DNA from: Geobacter metallireducens GS-15
GTDB lineage: Bacteria > Desulfobacterota > Desulfuromonadia > Geobacterales > Geobacteraceae
Reading direction: 5' to 3'
Length of the DNA stretch: 32,000 nt
NCBI RefSeq assembly: GCF_000012925.1
Contig: NC_007517.1
Location: forward strand, 2,340,001 to 2,372,000
The translations under genes and the position numbers were made by a program. The notes beneath the pieces were generated by a model. That model had not been told where the DNA came from and did no database searches. It saw nothing but the letters and a program-made list of their open reading frames with translations. Within the stretch, counting starts at the first letter, position 1. Every line of letters starts with the position of its first letter. Positions 7,469-16,400 of the stretch are shown here, one piece after another.

Positions 7469-9430
7469 TCAACCGGCCGACAGAATCCCGCGCTTGATGA
7501 ATTCATCGCCCACGTAGCCCAGACCCAGATCGTCCAGGGTTTCCTTCGTCGGGATGCCGTCATCGTTCCACCCCTTGAGTTTGTAGTAGGAATCCAGAAG
7601 CTCCTTCTCAAGCTCGGGGAACCTGTTTTTCCAGTGGTTTGCGGGGGGCTGCTCGTCGACCCGCCTCATCCCCCTTCTGATGTTGAAGGCCCGGACCAGG
7701 GTGCGGTAGCGCTTCGCCGCCTTCTTGAGCTTCTCCGTGTCCATCTCGATGCCGGCGCCGGCCGCGATGAACTTGGGATAGTTGTGGATGTGGTACGGCG
7801 GCTTCAGGGGGAATGAGGAGAGGCCGGCGCATTGCCCGAGAGCGTCGTCGATGTAGTGCATCATCTCCTGCCAGTCGACGATGTCGCAGCACATGTCGAC
7901 CGTGGGGAAGTTGGGCATCGACTTCTCGCCGCGGGGCTCCCACTCCAGGAAGATCTTCTTGAACTTCTCGTCCGGCACCTGGATCCAGTCCTCGACAAAG
8001 GCCTCCCGCTGCTCCAGCTTCGGATACGGAGCCTGGGGGAACTGCCCTTCGATCTGGGTGATGTTGATCTTCTCCCCGGTGCAGTACATGAGATAGTAGA
8101 TAGGGTTCAGCATGGAAAGCTTGAGCGGCAGCTGCTCATGCTTCTTGATGTTGTTGTGGGCGTAATCCTCGGCCCCGTTGCCGATCTCCTGCGCCGCCCA
8201 GTAGGTGCCGTTGGCCAGGATGTCGCCGATGCCGTCGCGATTGACGATTTTGTCGAGGAGGTAGAAGAATCTTTCTTCGTTCCCCTCGGGCAGGCCCGGG
8301 AAGTCGGAATCCTTGAGGATTCCCTTTTCCAGGAGTTCGAAGGCAAAAGCCATGACCTGCGGAGCGGAGAAGCCGTCAAGCCCGTACTCGGTGGCCTTCT
8401 GGGCGATCCGCAGGCCGAAATCCAGGTCCGAGTAGGCGGCCATGGTATAGGTGAGCTTGGTGAAGCACTTCATCATATAGGTGGGGAGCCCCTCCATGGA
8501 AATGGTGGCCCCGCACTTCATGGGACAGTTGTAACAGCTGATGAGGCGCGTGCGGGCCTTATCCATGGTTTTTTCCCAGGCGTGCGACACCTCGTCGGTC
8601 CAGAAGTCCTTCCGGCGGGTACGGGCGTTCCCCCAGTTGAAGTTCTCGGTGTGCCACTTTTCGTCATGGACCTTCATCTCCTGGGGCGACCCGAGGCCGG
8701 CCAGGATGGGCATCACGTCCGGAATCGGATTCTCTTCCCGGTGCTTGATGTAGTCGAGCACCTCGTTGCAGAGACCGATGTACTCCTCCGGCTTGGCCAC
8801 ACAGAGGTCCTTGGTCCCGCGCACCACGACGGCCTTGAGCCCCTTGTCCCCCATGACGGCGCCGATCCCGCCGCGGCTGGCGCTGGACCGCCCCTGCTCA
8901 ATGGAGGCATAGAAGACCCGGTTCTCCCCGGCCTTGCCGATGGCGGCCACCTGGGCCCGCGGCTCGTTCAGCTCCTTCTTGATGATCTCCGCCGTTTCGA
9001 TAGCCCCCTTCCCCTTCAGATGGGAGGCGTCACGGATCTCAACCTTGTCGTTGTTGATATAGAGATAGACCAGTTCCGGCGACTTACCGCGGAAGATAAT
9101 CTTGTCGTAACCGGCATACTTCAGTTCCGGCGCCCAGAACCCCCCCATCATCGAGAAAGCCATCAACTTGGTCTGGGGAGAAACGGTGGAGACGATGGTG
9201 CGGTTGCATCCGGTTGCCGGCGTCCCGCACAACAGGCCTGCGGCGAAAATCAGGAGATTCTCCGGCGAGAATGGCTCGACCTCAGGGGGAACCCTGTCCC
9301 ACAGGATCTTGGCATTGGTTCCCAGCCCACCGAGATACAGCTCGGTATCCCTCGGATCAGTTGCCACCCTCTCTATGCTTCCCTTGGTCAGATCAACTTC
9401 CAGCACATATCCGGTCTCTGCATACCTCAT
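7469..9430 (-). CDS. bamB: Aldehyde:ferredoxin-oxidoreductase-family tungsten-pterin catalytic subunit of class II benzoyl-CoA reductase (BamB-like), 653 aa
   Basis: An AOR-family N-terminal and catalytic layout runs the full length. I place the start at ATG 9430 (MRYAETGYVLEVDL), which has GGGGTGA upstream. This also matches the BamB N-terminus as I remember it. The 23 codons upstream in the track ORF overlap the predicted promoter region. Confidence 0.9.
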   Translation of the reverse strand: MRYAETGYVLEVDLTKGSIERVATDPRDTELYLGGLGTNAKILWDRVPPEVEPFSPENLLIFAAGLLCGTPATGCNRTIVSTVSPQTKLMAFSMMGGFWAPELKYAGYDKIIFRGKSPELVYLYINNDKVEIRDASHLKGKGAIETAEIIKKELNEPRAQVAAIGKAGENRVFYASIEQGRSSASRGGIGAVMGDKGLKAVVVRGTKDLCVAKPEEYIGLCNEVLDYIKHREENPIPDVMPILAGLGSPQEMKVHDEKWHTENFNWGNARTRRKDFWTDEVSHAWEKTMDKARTRLISCYNCPMKCGATISMEGLPTYMMKCFTKLTYTMAAYSDLDFGLRIAQKATEYGLDGFSAPQVMAFAFELLEKGILKDSDFPGLPEGNEERFFYLLDKIVNRDGIGDILANGTYWAAQEIGNGAEDYAHNNIKKHEQLPLKLSMLNPIYYLMYCTGEKINITQIEGQFPQAPYPKLEQREAFVEDWIQVPDEKFKKIFLEWEPRGEKSMPNFPTVDMCCDIVDWQEMMHYIDDALGQCAGLSSFPLKPPYHIHNYPKFIAAGAGIEMDTEKLKKAAKRYRTLVRAFNIRRGMRRVDEQPPANHWKNRFPELEKELLDSYYKLKGWNDDGIPTKETLDDLGLGYVGDEFIKRGILSAG

Positions 9431-9510
9431 ATTCTCACCCCTTCGTAGGTCACCTTGATACGGGCTCCGCTTATCGGGACCGAAGCCAACATTTGCCACA
9501 CTTTAGTAAT

Positions 9511-9540
9511 TTAGTACCACAATACCTATTTTACTGTCAA
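9511..9540 (-). promoter_or_regulatory. Putative sigma70 promoter of bamB: TTGACA (9540..9535), 18-nt spacer, TACTAA (9516..9511)
   Basis: A consensus -35 is read directly on the minus strand. The module is almost identical to the one upstream of bamA (see findings). Confidence 0.45.
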
Positions 9541-9586
9541 ACGTTATTTGATTAGCATTTTTTAAACGCTATTTACAGCTGCCTAC

Positions 9587-9619
9587 GCCCGGTGCCCCAC
9601 CGGAGTAAGGGCACCGGGC
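9587..9619 (-). terminator. Perfect 11-bp GC-rich hairpin just downstream of the bamA stop; possible terminator or attenuator between bamA and bamB
   Basis: GCCCGGTGCCC (9587-9597) pairs with GGGCACCGGGC (9609-9619) around an 11-nt loop. There is no clear U-tract after it on the minus strand. Confidence 0.45.
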
Positions 9620-9628
9620 GCGCTGCCG

Positions 9629-10774
9629 TTACTTCTGCGCCGTCGGCATGAGGCTCTCGATCAGCTCCTCGGTCCAGGGCGTCCCCTTGGCCAGACCCTG
9701 GCGCAACTTCACAAAGTCGATCTCGCGGCCGGTCTCCTTGGTCCCCTCGTTGAAGGCCCGGAAGCCGGTGCGGGCCTCATTCATCATGTTGAGGGCCAGC
9801 CAGGCGCGGGAGTTTTCCTTGTTGAGGTTCCATGCATGGAGCTTCGGCTTGCGCAGCTCCTCCAGGCTCTTGGTCATGCACTCCGGGAAGGTCTCCAGCA
9901 GCTTCGTGCAGAGCGACTCAACCTTCTCGTCCAGCAGACTGAGATCAATCTCCCCTTCCTTGATCTGCCCCTGCCCTTCCTTGAAGGCGGCGCCGGCCTT
10001 GAACTCGCCATGAACGACCCGGCCGTACTCGTCCAGATAACGGTCGGTGACCACGGTCGGGTTGGCGACGAATTTGCCACCCACCTTGAGGGCCGGCACC
10101 ACGTCACAGATGATCCCCAGGCGGGCGGCCTTGTGGGCCGAGAACGGCTCGCACAGCGTACCGGACACCATGGCCTGCTCGCAGCCGACCATCAGCGGCA
10201 GGAAATCGGTCGCCCCGCCGATGGCGGCAGAGCCATGCTTGGGACCGGCCTGACCGAAGTTGGCCAGGTCCTGGGCGATGGAGAAGTCGCAGGCCATGCC
10301 GATTTCCTGGCCGCCGCCGATCCGCATCCCGTTCACCCGGCTGATCACCGCCTTGTCGCAGCCGAGGATGGCGGAGACCATGTCGTTGAACAGCCGCATG
10401 TACTGGCGATACTCTTGGGGGTTACCGGCATAGTACTCTGCGTATTCCTTGGTATTGCCGCCGGTGCAGAACGCCTTGTCGCCAACACCGGTGAAGACCA
10501 CGGCATTCACGGAGCGGTCGACCGAGGCCCGCCGGAAGGCGAGGATGATTGCCTTGACCATGTCAGTGGTGTAGGAGTTGTACTGCTTGGGGTTGTCCAG
10601 GATGATCCAGGCGTTGTAAATCCCCTCTGCCACACTGCCGTCATGACGCTTTGCCGGCCGCTTCTCGTACTTCACCATGCCGTCGCAGAGGCTCTCAACC
10701 TCACGGTCGATCAAATTGTGGTCGTTCAGGTGCCCCGGTGCGGTTCTTGCGATTATCTCGTCTGTTCTCGCCAT
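9629..10774 (-). CDS. bamA: 6-oxocyclohex-1-ene-1-carbonyl-CoA hydrolase (ring-cleaving crotonase-superfamily enzyme, BamA/Oah type), 381 aa
   Basis: Crotonase-fold motifs are present (VVFTGVGDKAFCTGGN, RIGGGQEIGMACDFSIA). The size and the extended C-terminus are typical of BamA/Oah. I prefer the start MARTDEII at 10774, which has GGGGGAGGAAAAG upstream, over the track start at 10822. Confidence 0.88.
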   Translation of the reverse strand: MARTDEIIARTAPGHLNDHNLIDREVESLCDGMVKYEKRPAKRHDGSVAEGIYNAWIILDNPKQYNSYTTDMVKAIILAFRRASVDRSVNAVVFTGVGDKAFCTGGNTKEYAEYYAGNPQEYRQYMRLFNDMVSAILGCDKAVISRVNGMRIGGGQEIGMACDFSIAQDLANFGQAGPKHGSAAIGGATDFLPLMVGCEQAMVSGTLCEPFSAHKAARLGIICDVVPALKVGGKFVANPTVVTDRYLDEYGRVVHGEFKAGAAFKEGQGQIKEGEIDLSLLDEKVESLCTKLLETFPECMTKSLEELRKPKLHAWNLNKENSRAWLALNMMNEARTGFRAFNEGTKETGREIDFVKLRQGLAKGTPWTEELIESLMPTAQK

Positions 10775-10851
10775 TGCTTTTCCTCCCCCGTTGGATATTT
10801 TCGTACAAGCCCTACTATTCAAAACAACGTTTCATGCTCTATTTATGTAAA

Positions 10852-10880
10852 TTAGTACTTCATTACCGATTTACTGTCAA
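10852..10880 (-). promoter_or_regulatory. Putative sigma70 promoter of bamA: TTGACA (10880..10875), 17-nt spacer, TACTAA (10857..10852)
   Basis: Read directly from the sequence. It shares about 30 of 38 positions with the bamB promoter module. Confidence 0.45.
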
Positions 10881-11074
10881 GCACTTTTTTCTTCACGCTC
10901 CGGCCACGTCGGTGCCACCTGAAGCGGAATCGTGAAATTACCGGATGTTGTGGAGAAGTTCGGGGAATCGGGAGAAAACCTGGTGTGAGCACGGCGTCAC
11001 ACATTCATGATTTTTAATTTCTATTTCATCAAAAGTTGCGTATAGTTGCCGAAATTCCCTGCCCCGAGAGAACA

Positions 11075-11425
11075 ATGAAAACCCGCCTCATTCTCAAACC
11101 CGGTCAACGTGGCACCAAACGTCTCTCCGATAAATACGGCGACAACCTTGTCTGTGTGCGCTTCAGATATGATGCTGCAACTCGACAACGGATCAAAACG
11201 GTTGAACTTATTGTCGAGCGCATAGACTGGAACCCACCACCAGAGAAATTTTCCGCAGATACCCTTGTTGCGGTAAAAATTGAAGGCTATGAAATCGACC
11301 ACCGTAAAAAGATCAAAGAAGCCGGAGGGAAATGGAACCCGGACAAGCGTCTCTGGTACGTCAGATATGGCGCAATTGCGGGAACAGAACTAGAAAAGCA
11401 TATATATGTAGATACAACAGGATAA
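11075..11425 (+). CDS. Small hypothetical protein (116 aa). The C-terminal IKEAGGKWNPDKRLWYV resembles the DUF5710-type motif seen on some plasmid or phage primase and topoisomerase tails.
   Basis: The ORF has an ATG at 11075; the track start at 11036 is TTG. It is the first gene of the AT-rich islet. The family resemblance is from memory only. Confidence 0.5.
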   Translation: MKTRLILKPGQRGTKRLSDKYGDNLVCVRFRYDAATRQRIKTVELIVERIDWNPPPEKFSADTLVAVKIEGYEIDHRKKIKEAGGKWNPDKRLWYVRYGAIAGTELEKHIYVDTTG

Positions 11426-11526
11426 GTGGCGAAACGTATCGAAGCATCTATATGTAAATGCATCACAGTCATATACCGGTAGATGCAAGCATCTACATAT
11501 ATATGCAGGCATCTACCGTTAGATGC
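11398..11526. repeat. Dense array of direct and inverted GCATCTA / TAGATGC motifs and nested palindromes
   Basis: GCATCTA occurs at 11444, 11489 and 11509. TAGATGC occurs at 11480 and 11520. There is a perfect 16-bp inverted repeat: GCATATATATGTAGAT (11398-11413) with ATCTACATATATATGC (11491-11506). Palindromes are TAGATGC-AA-GCATCTA (11480-11495) and GCATCTA-CCGT-TAGATGC (11509-11526). Confidence 0.7.
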
Positions 11527-11604
11527 ATTACTCTAACTGCTCAATAACGGGTTACCGAATAAAAAACAGACTGCTCGGACCCAATCTGATCCGGAGGATT
11601 ACAA

Positions 11605-12078
11605 ATGGGAAAATCTGAAATGCTGAGAGAGGTGCTGCTTAAAGAATATGACACTATGCGAACAGAGATTAGATTGTATATTGGTAAATACTACATCGCC
11701 ATAACGCTAATTTATACCATATTATCAGCTGGATTATTAAAAGAAAATCCGACCGAAAACAATGGGATGATATATATATGGATACCCTACATAATAGCTG
11801 CCATCATCGGCTTTATGACAATGATAACGTTTTACGTTAGCAAGATGGTTGGATACGTCCGCCTCATCGAACTTAGGATTGCCAAGAGCTTCGGTACAGA
11901 ACCACCCCAAAATAAAGCAGCGGTTCCTAAGAAAATACTGCTAGCACCTCTGTTCTGGGAATCTACTTACGCAGATATCGACATGAATCGTGATAGCGGA
12001 AGGCAATTAGTAAGTCCATTCTTTCTATCAGTATCTGTAATGGTAATATCTGCTTTGACAGCCTTAGCAGGTTGTTGA
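11605..12078 (+). CDS. Small membrane protein (2-3 predicted TM helices); its 3' end is replaced by the IS5 insertion
   Basis: GGAGGA lies 8 nt upstream of the ATG. Hydrophobic stretches are YYIAITLIYTILSAGLL, MIYIWIPYIIAAIIGFMTMITFYV and LVSPFFLSVSVMVISALTALA. The last three codons and the stop (GCA GGT TGT TGA) lie inside the IS left inverted repeat. Confidence 0.6.
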   Translation: MGKSEMLREVLLKEYDTMRTEIRLYIGKYYIAITLIYTILSAGLLKENPTENNGMIYIWIPYIIAAIIGFMTMITFYVSKMVGYVRLIELRIAKSFGTEPPQNKAAVPKKILLAPLFWESTYADIDMNRDSGRQLVSPFFLSVSVMVISALTALAGC

Positions 12079-13408
12079 AAAACTAAACCTTTTTGATTCA
12101 ATAAGTTAGCGAACTGTGCTATATTTTTACGCGTAACAATCTGAATTTACAGGAGAAAAGTTATGCGCGGCGCCGAGACAAAAACCGAAGCTCTGTTCTG
12201 TTATCTCTCCCCTGAGTCGTACGTCCCGAAGGACCACCCCTTGCGGTCGATCAGGGCGATGGTGGATAAGGCCCTTGCAGAGCTCAGCCCGCAATTCGAG
12301 GCCATGTACTCCCACACCGGCCGGCCCTCGATTCCTCCTGAGCAGTTGCTTAAAGCACTTCTGCTTCAGGCGCTGTACACCATCAGGAGTAACCGTCTGC
12401 TGGTGGAGCAGATCAGCTACAGCATCCTGTTCCGCTGGTTTGTGGGATTGGCCCTGGACGAGAAGGTCTGGGACCACTCCTCGTTTTCCACCAACCTGGA
12501 GCGGTTGATCGATACCGACGTGGCACGGCTGCTCTTGGCAAAAGTAGTTGAGCAGGCCCGAAGGGCAAAGCTGTTGTCCGACGAGCACTTCAGCGTTGAC
12601 GGCACCCTCATCGAGGCGTGGGCTTCTATCAAGAGCTTTCGGCCCAAGGATGGACCAAAGCCTCCAGTGGGTCGTAACACGGAGCGTGATTTCCACGGCG
12701 AAAAGCTCAAAAACGACACCCATGCCTCCACCACCGATCCGGATGCGCGGATTGCCAGGAGAAGCTCGGGCAAAGAGGCGAAGCTCAGTTACCACGGGCA
12801 CGCTCTCATGGAGAACCGCAACGGGATCATCGTCGATGCCAGAATCACCCACGCAACCGGTACCGCTGAGCGGGATACCGCAGTCGAGATGATCGCAGAC
12901 GTCGCCGGTAACAAGCGGATCACCATGGGCGGCGACAAGGGCTACGACACCAAAGAGTGCGTCAAAGATCTGCGAGCACTCAAGGTAACCCCTCACATTG
13001 CTCAGAACACCGCTAACCGCCGCTCAGCCATCGATGGCAGGACTACCCGCCACGAAGGCTACAAAACCAGCCTGAGGATTCGCAAGCGGATCGAAGAGGC
13101 CTTCGGCTGGCTCAAGACTGTCGGCAATCTCCGCAAGACCCGGCATCGGGGAATAGCGAAAGTCGACTGGTACTTCACCATGGCCATTGCGGCATACAAT
13201 CTGGTCCGGCTGCGCAATCTCGGGACGAAAACGGCATAATCAGGGGAATAATGCGACTCTTGGTGGCAAAGCCCGCCCGAAAAGGCCAAATCAAGGTAAA
13301 AAGCAAAGTTTCAAAGAACGAATAGGGCGAGATCAATGCAACTATCGGCCTAAAATGATCTCCTTGAAGGGGATTGCCCTGGAAATGAAGGAGTTTTTCA
13401 ACGGCCTG
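12068..13408 (+). mobile_element. IS5-family insertion sequence, 1341 bp, complete
   Basis: Terminal inverted repeats are CAGGTTGTTGAAAAACT (12068-12084) and the reverse complement of AGTTTTTCAACGGCCTG (13392-13408), matching at 15 of 17 positions. They are flanked by a direct TTAG (12064-12067 and 13409-13412). The element has a single transposase gene and a higher GC content than the surrounding islet. Confidence 0.8.
12163..13239 (+). CDS. IS5-family DDE transposase (358 aa)
   Basis: The N-terminal InsH-type domain is present (SIPPEQLLKALLLQALYTIRSNRLLVEQISYSILFRWFVGL). A C-terminal DDE region is present (DKGYD..., EEAFGWLK). AGGAGA SD. Confidence 0.9.
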   Translation: MRGAETKTEALFCYLSPESYVPKDHPLRSIRAMVDKALAELSPQFEAMYSHTGRPSIPPEQLLKALLLQALYTIRSNRLLVEQISYSILFRWFVGLALDEKVWDHSSFSTNLERLIDTDVARLLLAKVVEQARRAKLLSDEHFSVDGTLIEAWASIKSFRPKDGPKPPVGRNTERDFHGEKLKNDTHASTTDPDARIARRSSGKEAKLSYHGHALMENRNGIIVDARITHATGTAERDTAVEMIADVAGNKRITMGGDKGYDTKECVKDLRALKVTPHIAQNTANRRSAIDGRTTRHEGYKTSLRIRKRIEEAFGWLKTVGNLRKTRHRGIAKVDWYFTMAIAAYNLVRLRNLGTKTA

Positions 13409-13431
13409 TTAGAAATTGGTTATCTGAAAGA

Positions 13432-16400
13432 TTGCAATTTAAAGACGAATCCATGCAACAATTCGTTGCTGAGATCATTTCAGAAAATGACATCCTTCCT
13501 TTTTGGAACGATGAACTTTGGATATCCATTCTTCTTTCAGATCATTCAGCAACGTTTTTTGTATTATTCAAAGAAGAATTGCTCAGCAATGATCAGGCAC
13601 TATTAAAAAGACTGACCTTTCTGTTAAGGCTTGCCTGTAAGGATGTTGACAATGACTTGCTCAAGCTACTAGGGGTAGACGACTTAAATCTGTTATCAAT
13701 TAAATATGTGCTGACCAAACCTAAGGGTTCAGGCTGGCAAAATGCCATACGATTTATACATGATAATTTGGAAAAAATAGGCATTAAGAATATTCATTTT
13801 GCTCTCCCATTAATCCATGAATGGAATCAAAAGAATAGGCAGGGAGAGACAACAAAATCATCGAGCCTGATAGCCCTTAAATATTATCAATGGACAATTG
13901 AAGAGGATGTTTACCTGTCGAGAGGCGATGATAAAGAAAAGATATTGCAAACCATTCTCAGCGGAGCTTCCGAAATTAAGACTGAATTGGAGGGGATATT
14001 CAAGGAAGTTCTAGAAAATAAGTGGAACAATCATAGAGACCCTTATTATGATCTGATGAAAGTAATTCTGAAGGAGATGGATGCTCTTCCAGTTTGGGCT
14101 ATTTTCCCGGAACATGTCTTGGAAATAGCCGACTTATTTTGGTTCTATATTCCTCAAAAATATAACCATTACTACCATCGGATGGATATTGAAGACGAAT
14201 TTTGTTTAAATCATAGTCATTACGATTATTTCCCATCAAGTCCGTATCAAACACCCATCTATTGGCTACTTCAGTGTTCGCTCCAAAAAACCGTGGACTT
14301 CATCTTATCTTTCACAAACAAGACTGTTGAATGTTTTGCTAGTTCTAGTGTTGGAAAGAATGAAATAGAAGAAGCTGTCGTTATTATTGATGATCTTTCA
14401 ATAAAACAATACATATGCAACAAACTTTGGTGTATGTACAGAGGCACACAGGTTTCCACGCAGCTTCTTGAATCAATTCACATGGCTTTAGAAAAGTTCT
14501 TCCTTGAATCAGCCAAGAAGCAAGATTCAAAAATACTCGAAAGCTGGCTGATATATATTTTGAAGAACTCAAAATCTGCTTCGCTGTCAGCAGTAGTTAC
14601 CAGCATAGTATTAGCGTATCCAGAAAAGACATTTAATGTCGCTAATATACTTTTCCAGACAAAGCTTTTCTTTCTATATGATGTGAATAGGTTCAGTTTG
14701 GATCAGTCTCATAAAAGCTCTCTTCTCATGCTGAAAAAGAATTTTGGAGGAGGTAACTATAAAAATGCTCCCCATGAAGAAGAGAGAATAAAATCTTGCG
14801 ATGAACCACATAGAAAAGTGCATCTTGAAAATTTGGCATTAAATTATCAGTTTTTCAGGAGCGAAGAAACAAGCGAGGACGAGGCCAACGAGAGACAACG
14901 GGTCATTTGGTCTGTCTTCGACAAATATTATAGCGAGTTGCCCGATGAGACTAAAGAGAATGATGGCGATAAGACATGGAGACTCTTTCTTGCAAGAATG
15001 GATCGACGCAAGATGAAGCCAACAACCGAAGCGACAAATGATGGAGTTCTGATCAATTTCAATCCTGAAATTGATCCAAGGCTTAAGGAATATAGCGAAG
15101 AGGCTGTTAAGAAAAGTTCCGAGCCAATGAAATACATGTCGTTGAAATTATGGGCAAGTTACAAGAAGGACAAGGATGAACGCTTTAAGCAATATGTGCA
15201 GTATGAAAACAGCCCTCAACTCGCTTTAAAGGAAGTGAAGGAAATAATCGACAGGTTTAAAAAAGGAGAGGATGAAAGCTTCCATCTTTTCAATCGTTCC
15301 ATACCGGGAGAAGTTTGCTCTATCTTAGCTAAACATCATTTCGACAAACTTTCTGAAGATGAAAGAAATTTTTGCAAAGATGTTATTCTGGAGTATGCGC
15401 AAGCCTCACTAACGCCTAATTATCATTACCAGATTTCTGATGGAACCGACTCGGCTATTTCGGCATTGCCGACACTTCTGCAATATTATCCAGAAGAACG
15501 CGACGGCATAAAAATGATTCTGCTCCTTACCTTGTTTGATAATTCCTCGATTGGGATGTGGGGAGGCCATTATAGCGTTTTCCCCAGCATGGCAATTCAT
15601 CAATTGTGGGAAAGCCATTTTGATGACATGCAATCCTTGCTTATCGGATATCTGCTGCTTAAGCCCAGGCATGTAGAGATGAGGAGGAAGCTTCAACTGG
15701 ATGGCTACGAGAACGGGGTATATGAGATTCCCGATGGGCAGGACCTCCGGAACTTCTTTCAAGAATATGAGCCTGTTCTGGAAAGAGTTGCGGAGAACAA
15801 GGTATCAATATCTGATCTGAAGGATATTGAGCAAACAGATTTATACATCCTGAACACAGCCTTTCAACTTATTCCCTTGAAGACAATCCACGCCGAACAT
15901 ATAAAGTTAGCACTGACCATAATTGCAATCTTCGCCAGCCATCTATTGTCTCGCGATAAAAAGGACAAGGTTGACTATTCTGTCCGGCATTCATTCTTGG
16001 AAAGATTTACTTACCTTGTTCTGAATTCTTCCGAACAAGATGTTTCGGAATATCTGAAACCGTTCCTGGATAATTTCAACGGTTCAGAAACGGCGGCTGA
16101 GCTACTAGAGCAATTTGTTTTAGCCCAAGACCGGATAGATGCTTATGACCGGTTTTGGCAAGTTTGGACCCTATTTTTTGGGAAAATAGTCGCTCTGTGC
16201 AAAGATGGCGATGGATATTGGTACGTCGACAGGATTGTAAGGAGCTATCTATTCGCACAAACTCAATGGAAAGAAACGGCGACGGATTGGCATACTTTTA
16301 AGGACGGCAATAGCAAATTTTTCGCGGATGTTGCTAAAAATATCGGTCATTGTCCATCAGTCTTATACTCGCTTGCGAAATCGTTAAACGATATAGCAAG

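Noticed and set aside
9431-9499. N-terminal extensions offered by the ORF track: bamB from 9499, bamA from 10822, bamG from 1633, ppsA from 24686, ubiX from 31338, Ptb-like from 22230, GNAT from 19989, moaA from 19717.
   Set aside because: - Internal ATGs have strong SD sequences and give N-termini typical of the families.
- The extensions use TTG or lack an SD.
- The extensions overlap predicted promoters or leaders.
10881-11035. A tRNA or integrase attachment site at the left border of the AT-rich islet.
   Set aside because: - There is no cloverleaf-compatible sequence or GTTCRANYC T-loop.
- Only a short hairpin is present (GTGTGA-N8-TCACAC, 10983-11002).
- No integrase gene is present in the window.
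11398-11526. Could the GCATCTA repeat block be a CRISPR array?
   Set aside because: - The units are 7-16 bp, occur in both orientations and are irregularly spaced, with no 25-40 bp repeat/spacer periodicity.
- There are no cas genes.
12133-13424. Alternative IS5 boundaries based on GTAACAATCTGAATTTACAGG (12133-12153) versus CCTGTTAGAAATTGGTTATC (13405-13424).
   Set aside because: The match is weak and gapped with no flanking duplication. The 12068/13408 boundaries give 15 of 17 identity plus a TTAG duplication.
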